Assembly: GCA_951406725.2 (NCBI GenBank) | Contig: OX597831.1 | Span: forward strand, 73,098,001-73,162,000 | Direction: 5' to 3' | Length of the DNA stretch: 64,000 bases | Source: Octopus vulgaris | Taxonomy: Eukaryota | Part shown: positions 54,903 to 64,000 of the stretch, piece by piece | Numbering within the stretch: the stretch's first letter is position 1 | How the letters are laid out: every line of letters starts with the position of its first letter | Notes under the pieces: model-generated | Seen by the model: only the letters and a program-made list of their open reading frames with translations | Databases searched by the model: none | Told to the model about the DNA's origin: nothing | Translations under genes and position numbers: made by a program

Positions 54903-56181
54903 GTAAGTAAGATACCTTTCTCTTTCGATGCCGGTTAGGGTCGGTTCCTATTTTACTAACAACAACACGTTGAAGTACTTCACCAAAAGTGTCCATCTCG
55001 GTCGAGATGGTCGCGATTGGCCTTTGTTTACATGCTATTACGAGAACAAATACTTCCGAAAAAAAATCTGTATTTCAGTAACCCGCAATTATAAGAGATA
55101 ACACAAATTGTTCCAGATGTGACCATCCAGTCATATATCGATCTGTTTATAATTTTTACAAGTAGATCTTGTATAACAATGTTACCCGTTATTTTGCTAT
55201 AGAAGTAACGGAATCGAAGTAAATTTCCATCGGCGTTACAAAAACCCTAACTCTAGCCCTAATCCTAACCCCTACCACCGGGTGTGCGTATTCTTTACCT
55301 TCGATATACGCACATACGTAGGCGCCCCTTTGTTATTTTCTATTATAGGGGTCATTGAAACACTAACAGATTACATACACTAACTACGTAGCAGCATATC
55401 AACAGAATCTACGTATATTTTAAATTACTTTCAATTTAGTATTTCGACTTGTTACTAAAATAGGAAACCGATGTTTAAGTATGTATATGAGCTGTTAGCA
55501 TTTAGCCCCAGGATAGGGTTGACTGAGCATCCCTATGATCTCACCGTCGATCCAAACATGACCATCTCGCGGGGGCGTACTGAGAGTATTAAGGACCCTC
55601 GGGCATAACTGTTTACCAGGCACTTTTGTGTGTTTGTTAGTAGATTTTACATATTGAGTGTGGGGCCCCTCAGAGCTCCGGGCCCTCGGGCAGTGCCCGA
55701 TTGACCGACGGTTCAGTCCGCCTCTGCCTTCGAGTATCGCTGTGTGCCCCCCTCCCCACACATAAATACATGAAGTGAGGGACTTAAAGTGTGGGATTAT
55801 TTCATTTCGCCATCCTCACTGGAGTTTTGGCATTTAGTCTTCCTCTTGGGGCAATGATGTAAGTACAAGTTATTTAGCCCTAGGTCATATCTGATCCAGC
55901 AGACGTGATCAAAAGTATCCCAGTATCCTTTGGAATCTACTTAAACCTTTTCTTATTCAAGACTTTTAAACCCGTTTTCGGCGTTACAAAAGCCCTAACT
56001 CTAGCCCTAATCCTAACCACCGGGTGTGCGTATTCTTTACCTTCGCCTTAAATCATAGGCTGATATTGCTTGTATCACTTGCAGGTTGAAACAAGTACCA
56101 GTGATATACTGAGACGAAATCGATTAGTTGTACTTTCTCCATTGCTAAAAGCAAAGTCGTTTTCCTTATCCCACAGAGTAA

Positions 56182-57073
56182 TCTATATATATAAAACTGT
56201 AGTTGTGTGAGTGTCTGTCCCCTTCGATTTAGATTCCTAACTCCTCCCACATTTTGCGGTGCAGTTTAACCAAATTCGAGTATCTTATAGTCGTGATTAA
56301 TATCGAGCCCGTCTGGCTATTAGCGCGCGTCTACGATGAGTCTACGATTTTAAAAATAATTTAACATCATTTTTTATTCCATTTTAATGCATAAAATGCA
56401 TCGTGTGTCGATGGCGGTGGAGTTGGCGTCCACACTCAAACACCTGCACCTGTGTTTGCTTCTCCTCCTTCTTCCCTCCCTCGTGAAGCTGTGGGGAAGG
56501 GAGTGTAAGGAAATCAACGTCGTAATGCGTTGTCAGGGAGACCAGCGTTCTTTTAGAACAACGACTTCATGGCTTGAAGACACCAAAACAGAAATGGCTA
56601 AGAAAGCCCGAATTGGCATCTATAAGGGAAGTAACTGTCTAAAAATGCTTATATAGTTATTTTCCTTACAAACCCGAGCAACGTCGGGCGATAGTGCAAG
56701 TCTATATATATAAAAGAGAGGTTGTGTGCTGTCTGTCTCCTACGATTTAGATTCCTAACTACTCCCACATTTTGCGGTGCAGTTTAACCAAAAGCGGGTA
56801 TCTTATAGTCGTGATTCATATCGAGCCCTTCTGGGTATTAGCGCGCGTCTACGATTTAAAAAAAAATTTACCATCAATTTTTCACATTTTTAATGCATTT
56901 TTGGCATATATAAGGGAAGTAACTCTAAAAATTTATTATTAAATCTCAGAACGTAAAAAGCTACAGTAACCCCCCCCCCTTGTGGTTAGCCATATTGAGA
57001 TGGCTATTATACTTTACATCTCTAAAAATGCTTATATAGTTATTTCCCTTACAAACCCGGGCGATACTGCTAA
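56182..57073 (+). mobile_element. Two tandem non-autonomous Helitron-like units (56182-56700, 56701-57073)
   Basis: Both start TCTATATATATAAAA and share internal sequence. Unit 1 ends in a GC hairpin (cccgagcaacgtcggg); unit 2 retains only cccggg. Both finish with a CTAG-like end (caag, ctaa). Confidence 0.75.
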
Positions 57074-60000
57074 TTATTAAAAAAAGCAAATCCTGTTAGT
57101 GTATCCCTGATTGTTACTTGTCTAATGATTGGTAACTTTGAAACTATACTTCTGTCATCATGGGTAATATCAGCAAATACGTGCAATAATTATAATTTAA
57201 GTTTTATTAAATTTCTTGGTGCTTATTCAAAATGATAAAATAAACTCTAATGTTCAGAAGAATATTCACTTAGGATATAATTAAATGAGACCAATTTCTC
57301 AATTTGTGTAACTCCCTCCATAACTTCTGTCATTTACTCCCTTACTCCTCCTCTGTTTATGGTTATTTCTCTCTCACTATGTGTGTAGTGTTGCTTACTC
57401 ATTGCCTGCCATCAAGCTCAGCATGTGCATTCATCTTGCCCCCTCTTATGTCAAGTGTTTCTGTTACACTCTTTCACTTTCTTTTCCTCTTTCTGTGCAA
57501 TATAAAACATAACTGGAAATATCAACCTGCAATTTATTTTGGTTTTATTGCTTAGCAATACACATAGTTCAGTGCAGGTGTGTGGTATGAAGTTCACTTC
57601 CCAACTACATGATTCCAAGTTCAGTCCCACTGTGGCACCTCGAGCAATTATCTTCTACTGTAACCTCGGGTTGACCAAAACCTTGTGAGTGGATTTGGTA
57701 GACAGAGACTGAAAGGAGTCCATCATATATATGTGTCATCATCATTTAACGTCTGTGTTCCATGAGGGCATGGGTGGGACTGTACCACAAGAGCCGGCCA
57801 GACTGAAGCCTGCACTGGACTTGTGACTGTTTTGGCAGGATTTTTACAGCTGGATGCTCTTCCTAACACCAACCACTCAGCAGTGTGTGTGTGTGTATAT
57901 ATATATGTATATAATAATAATAATAAAGGGTAAAATTAATTAATATTATAAGCATAATTATAATTAGGATTCAGCAAAAATGGCTTCACCACATACTGAA
58001 ATTTAGAAATAGCAGTTAAATACTATTCCACTACCATAAGATATCTCCCAGGCAGTAATATTCTCAATTTGTGCAGGTAAAGAGAAAAAAATAACAAATC
58101 CACCTGGCTTTGATTAACTATATACGTGTTTCTGGGTTAAAAAGGTGTAAAATCATATTTCTACTCACTTACTCCCGTCTTCAGTATAGTATTTCGATTT
58201 TAAATTCGAGAGCACTGACAATTGATATACGTATCTGATCAAGCGCCATCTACTTGACATAAGTTTCATAAACTACAAAATACCACACTACCACACCTGA
58301 AACGTACCTGTTATGACTCTTTTATCTTGATTTGAAGGTATGTGAAGGTATTTAGAATGCCCAAACTCATTTCTGAAAATCTGCTAAGCACTGATGCTGA
58401 TCATAGTTTAATCAATAAGCGTACGAGCAAAGTAAATGCAGTAAAAGTAGGAGTGGGGGTCTGTGGGCCCTATTTAAGTGGCCCTTCAGAAATTGAACCT
58501 CCCTGGGAGTTCATGGTATGAAATTCATTATCATTGCTCTGATTTGGTCGCCAATGCTATGTATTTAGTTTTAAATGCTGTAAAAATAGGGGTGGGGGGT
58601 CAGTGGAGCCCCAATTAGACAGCCCTTAAAAAAATAGACCCCCTTAGGACATTCCCTGGGATTAGGGGAGTTGTTCGTTTGAGTTTCATTGTCCTTGCGT
58701 CAACGGTCTAGGAGGAGTTAACGAACATAAAAATGTAACGGACAGAAAAACATCACTCAAATTTATAATAGGATTGATGTAAGTATATTTATGTGTCTGT
58801 CTTTGTTCACCCACCATCACCAATCAATGTTGGTGTGTTTATGTCCCTGTAACTTAGCAGTTCAGCAAACAAGACTGGTAGAATAAGTACAAGGCTTACA
58901 AAGAATATGTCCTGGGGGTTGATTCATTTGACTAAAACCTTCTAAAGCTGTGCTCCAGCATGGCTGCAGTCAAATGACTGAAACATGTAAAAGAAAGAAT
59001 AAAAAGATTTATAAAGTCCTGGGGTTGATTCCTTCAGCTAAAAATTCTTCAAGGCAATGCCCCAGCATGGCCACAGTCTAGTGACTGAAACAAACAAAAG
59101 ATGCAAGATAGACCATTTGTTCTCTCAAGGTAGGCATGAATACCACAACATCATAAAAACAGTTGTAACTTTACATCCCTGTAAGGAATGCCTGTAAAGA
59201 AATGATGTCTTTGAGTGTATGATTATTGTTGGTGTTTCAACTCCAGTCCACCACGGGTATTCAATTTATAGACGGGACTATATTATTGAATCTTTCCTTC
59301 TCTAAGATTTTAGGATATGGTTTGAGGGAAAATAGGCTGCTGTTTCTAGCAGGTTGAACCACCATGCATAAGGACCACTGTAGAGTGTATTAACCCCTAG
59401 GTTAAATTTTAGAATATTTGTCTCAACTCTAAAATGATATTTCTAACCTGTGTAGGTAAGATATAAGTCTAAGAAAGTATTATTGAGGTTATAGGTGCAG
59501 GCACGGCTACATGTTTAACAAGTTCTCTTTGTAGCTACATGGTTTAAGGGTTCAGTGTCACTGCATGGTACACTCAGAGTGCATGGCGCTGAGATCTACA
59601 CCCTCCCATGGTTTCATCTCACTTAGCTGTGCCTTTTTATTTTTCATGCCATGTTTCCAGTCAAGATCATCATCATCATCATCGTTTAACGTCCGCTTTC
59701 CATGCAAGCATGGGTTGGACGGTTTGACTGAGGGCTGGCGAACCAGATGGCTGCACCAGGCTCCAGTCTTGATCTGGCAGAGTTTCTACAGCTGGATGCC
59801 CTTCCTAATGCCAACCACTCCGAGAATGTAGGGGTGCTTTTACGTGCCACCAGTACCGGGGCCTGTCAGGCGGTACTGCTAACGACCTCGCTCAAATCTT
59901 TTTACACATGCCACTGGCACAGGTGCCAGTAAGGCAATGCTGGTAACGATCCCGCTTGAATGATGCCTTTTACATGCCACCGGCACAGAAGCCAGTTAGC

Positions 60001-60777
60001 CGCTCTGGCAACGATCACGCTCGGATGGTGCTTTTAGCACCCTACTAGCGCAGGGCACAAGTGCCAGTAAGGCGACACTAGTAACGATCACACTCGAATG
60101 ATGCCTTTTATGTGCCACTGGCACGGAAGCCGGTTAGCCGCTCTGTCAACGATCACGCTCATATGGTGCTCTTTGCACCCCACTAGCACGGGTGCCCGTC
60201 ATCAAGATGTTGCTACTATTTCTAGCTGGCCTAGCAACCACATAGAATGACCCTTGGTTTGTGGTATTAATTCCAGTATGGACAGGTAGTTAAAATATGA
60301 TAATGATTCAGTTAAACAAGAAGTAGATCAAATTATACTAAAGTGAGTATAAACTATTCATGAAACAGGTTACAGGAGTGTAACAGCTTAATGAAGGAAA
60401 GGCAGGAGAAATTCATTACTGTTCTCTTATTTTCAACAGCCTCAAGGGATCTTCTCTTGCAGCATGAAGTGCACCTTCATGTCCCTGAGATGGGGTTGAC
60501 AATGTTTCTCACAGAATATACAGTGCACTTTTTTCTCCACAAAAAAAATCTCCTGAAAATCACCTCAGATCCTGTATTTGAGGTTGGGCCTCCCATAAGC
60601 TAACTTTGTCCCAGTTAATGCTCTAGACTGATCTTAATCCAGATGGTATCTTCTATCTAACCTGACTCCATAATCATAGCATTTACTAGTTGTAATGTTT
60701 TCCTGCTCTAGCTATGGTACTTTTGTAATGTACAACTCAACTGCTTTAACTCTTCAGCATTTAAACTGGCCAAAACA

Positions 60778-62042
60778 TTGGATCATCCCATAAATAATGT
60801 GGGTTTTTTTATACTTTCAAAGTTAAGATAGACAAATTTCTTTTTTAATCTAAAATATACTCTCCTTCATTTTCTACAATGCTCTTTCATCTATCTGGTA
60901 GACTTGCAAGGCCTCTCTTCAAAAATTCTCTTGTCTGTGACAAAAAATACTCCTCCAGTACTGTTCTGACCTCATCTGCAGAATTCATATTTTTTCTATC
61001 CAAATGATTTTGAAGACTGTGGAATAAATGATAATCAGATGGGGCAATGTCTAGCAAATATGCTGGGTGGGGCACTGTTTCCCATTCAAACTGCTCCAGC
61101 TTTTGAAATATCATCCTTGCTGTATGTAGCTGAGCATTACCCTGATGGGAGAACACCTTTCATCTTGAAACCAAAGATGGTCATTTTACTACTAGCACTG
61201 ACTTCAGCTGATCAAGCTGCTTGCAGTAAGGTCTCCTTTTTTATCATTTGGCTTGGGTTTAAAAGTTCAAAGTGGACTAAACCTTTCATATCCTACCAAA
61301 CAGACAACAACACTTTACGTGGGTGAAGATGTTTAGACTGGGGTGCCAGTGTCTCTCCTTTCTCTATCCATTGTCTTCAGCACTTGACATCTTTATAGAG
61401 AACCCATTTCTCGTCACCAGTCACTATTCGGTCAAAGAAAAAAAGGGTTCATTCATGAGACGTGACAGTAACGAAGGGCACACATTCGCTCTCTGCACAT
61501 GATTTGACTTGGAAAGTTTGTAAAGAAACCATTGACACAATTTGCTGACTTTTCCAATGGCATGCAGATGTAAATGAATGGTTGAATGACCAAATCCAAG
61601 CTTCTCTACTAGCTCCTCAACAGTTACGATGAGATTTTGTTCCACCAGGATTTGCAGGACGTCTTCATCAAGCTCTACAGATCTTCCAGGATGAGGCTTG
61701 TCTTCTAGACTATAATTTCTGGAACCACTGCTGACACTGGCTTACGCTTATTGTCCGATCCCCATATTCTGCATTAATATTCCTTGCACTCTCCATTGCA
61801 TTCTTGCCTTTATTGAACTCATAAAGCAAAATATGCCAAATATTCTCCTTTCTCACTTCCATTATAGCTTTGAAAAAATAGCTGTTGAAATTGAACTGCA
61901 CTCTTCAAAACTTGAACTAAGAATAAGGAGAAGATAAAATTACTACCTGCTTTTATAGCAAGTCGATGCAGGTAGTTAACCCCTTCCCCTTCCAACTTTT
62001 AGTTCATGCAATTGAAAACACATTATTTATGGGATGATCCAA
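60778..62042 (-). mobile_element. Full-length degenerate mariner element, nested in a TTAA-type MITE
   Basis: TIRs ttggatcatcccataaataatgtg / cacattatttatgggatgatccaa, TA at the right end; transposase remnants HILLYEF, QWF, TGDEKW and HPAYLLDIAPSDYHLF (YSPDLAPSD-like); frameshifted. Confidence 0.92.
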
Positions 62043-64000
62043 TATTTTACCTGTTTTATGTTCAAACCAGCCAGACCAGGTTTCTTACCCTACGATATTA
62101 TTCTAAAAATAAATCATGTTATTGAAATCTTAAAGCTATAAAGTAATGCACAATTATTTCACGTCATTGTGAAAAAAATAAGCATTAAATTTGACAAAGA
62201 AACCTGGGTGCTAAACATTTTCCCTGCGTATACACTACTGCAATTTGGGGGGTGTCTAATGTGCCATGACATAGAATAATTATATTTGATTTGGCATTAC
62301 ATCTAGGCCACTAGGACAAAGAATTGGCAAAACTGTTGGACAAAATGCTTTGTGCTCTTTCTTCTGACCCCGTATGTTCTGTGTTCGAATCACTCCATGG
62401 TCAGCTTTGCCTTTTATCCTTTTGGAGTCATTAAAATGAAACACCAGTGGGGCCAGTTTAATCAACCAATTCCTTGTGCCAATATTATGAACAATTATGA
62501 GAATGGTGATCTGGCAGGATTATTGGACAAAATTCTTTCTGTTATTTTTCAGGCCTAAGTTCAAATCTCACCTCGGCCAACTTTGCTTTTTATTCCTCTG
62601 AGGCCGAGTCAAGTTCTAGGAATAACAGTTTCATCTAATGCCTTCCTCTTAATTTCAGATCTTGCACTTCTGTTAGAATAATCATTCCTATTATTATTCC
62701 TCCCCAAAGCTGGCTGACTCATTAGCATGTTGGGCAAAATGCTTACTAGCCTTTCCTTCCGGTTGTTTACATTCTGAGTTCAAATTCTGTAAAGTTCGAT
62801 ATTGTTTTTCATCCTTTTAGTGGTTGATAAAATAAGTACTGGGGTCTTTGTAATCAACTCCTCACCCCTCTGTCTCAAAATTTGAAACCTTTTTTTCTTT
62901 CTCTCCACAAAGAAATCATGTCTATCTTGTTACAACTCCAAGAGTTTCTGACCGAGATGTCAAATTCTGTAACAGACCAACATTGAATACCTAACATTGT
63001 GTGTGGGTGGTGGTGTTTAATCTATGCAGGTTTTGTAGTTCAGTGGTTGTTAGTAGCTGAAATATGTAATCAGAGCAGGTTATTTCATCAGGCATTTTTA
63101 CATTTGAATTTGTGTTATCTGGTCATGTGTTGGAGATAATATTTATGATAGTCTATCAACTTTGTCATAACAACTTTAGCTTCTCAAAACTGGAACTAAG
63201 CATTCACTAATAAGTGCAGGTGTGTGCCTGTGTGGTTAACAAGTTCACTTTGCAACCTCATGGCTTTCGGTTTGATCCCACTGCAAGGCAAGTGCTTTTT
63301 TGGGATCTTTTCACTTTGACCGGCAGGTTTTTAAAATAATTTCTTTGTAACTAAACACTTTTAAACTTTGTATACTGGTAGAATGTGTTTATAAAATATA
63401 TTTTTCTCTTGGCTTTATAGAGAAAATTCTGTAGTTTGTAAGCTATTTGTTGTTTAATTTCTTGTATTTCGGCAATTTCAACCAATCAATGACGTCTATT
63501 GAGGTGAATTCAATTTCTGCCATAGTGTGTCAACATAGACGCTTGGCAGTGGTTTGTCCATCTTGACATTCTGAGTTCAAATTCTAATGAGGTCAACTTT
63601 GTCTTTCATCGTTTCAGAGTTGAGAAAATTAGTACCAGTTGGGTACTGGAGGTAATGTAATTGACTTATCCCCTCTCCTGAAATTGCTGGTCTTGAGCTA
63701 AAACTAGGTTAGAAATCATCATCATCATTCTCATTTACCATCCACTTTTCCATGCTTGCATGCTTTGAACAGAATCTGTTGAGGTGGATCTTAGCAAATC
63801 CACTCACAAGACTTTGCTTAGCCACACCTTAAACTGTTCACTGTTTCAATATTGTTTTTTTCAGGACCGAGTTCCCTATAAGGTAGGGATTTCTATTTCG
63901 TCCATAAATAATCCAGAGGTAATCACTGATATACCATCCCATCTTCCTACCTTAATCCGTCCCTCCTTATGACTCACCTCAAGTACAGGGGTTAAGGTTG

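Noticed and set aside
62900-63200. Possible QARS exon 2
   Set aside because: No frame gave the expected continuation resembling V.VTPEQIE

Overview
AT-rich, repeat-dense metazoan DNA. The SINE, Penelope and microsatellite landscape looks like an octopus genome (inference). Two genes are supported. (1) A complete minus-strand PRPF3 (U4/U6 snRNP protein Prp3): 18 GT-AG coding exons at 44129->14610 that join in phase into 1974 nt (657 aa + stop). (2) The first coding exon of glutaminyl-tRNA synthetase (QARS) at 54552-54902 (+), head-to-head with PRPF3. The rest is mobile DNA: a decayed Gypsy LTR element with nested SINEs, a mariner relic, tandem Helitron-like units, hAT and TTAA-type MITEs, CR1/RTE ends, Penelope-like pieces with a minimal hammerhead, and tRNA-derived relics. 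The best leads are a candidate PTC-containing 'poison' exon in PRPF3 intron 15 next to a structured 184-bp block that is duplicated exactly 6.3 kb away, a 123-bp-arm intronic hairpin, and several local templated insertions flanked by direct repeats. All coordinates were read by eye and no searches were run.
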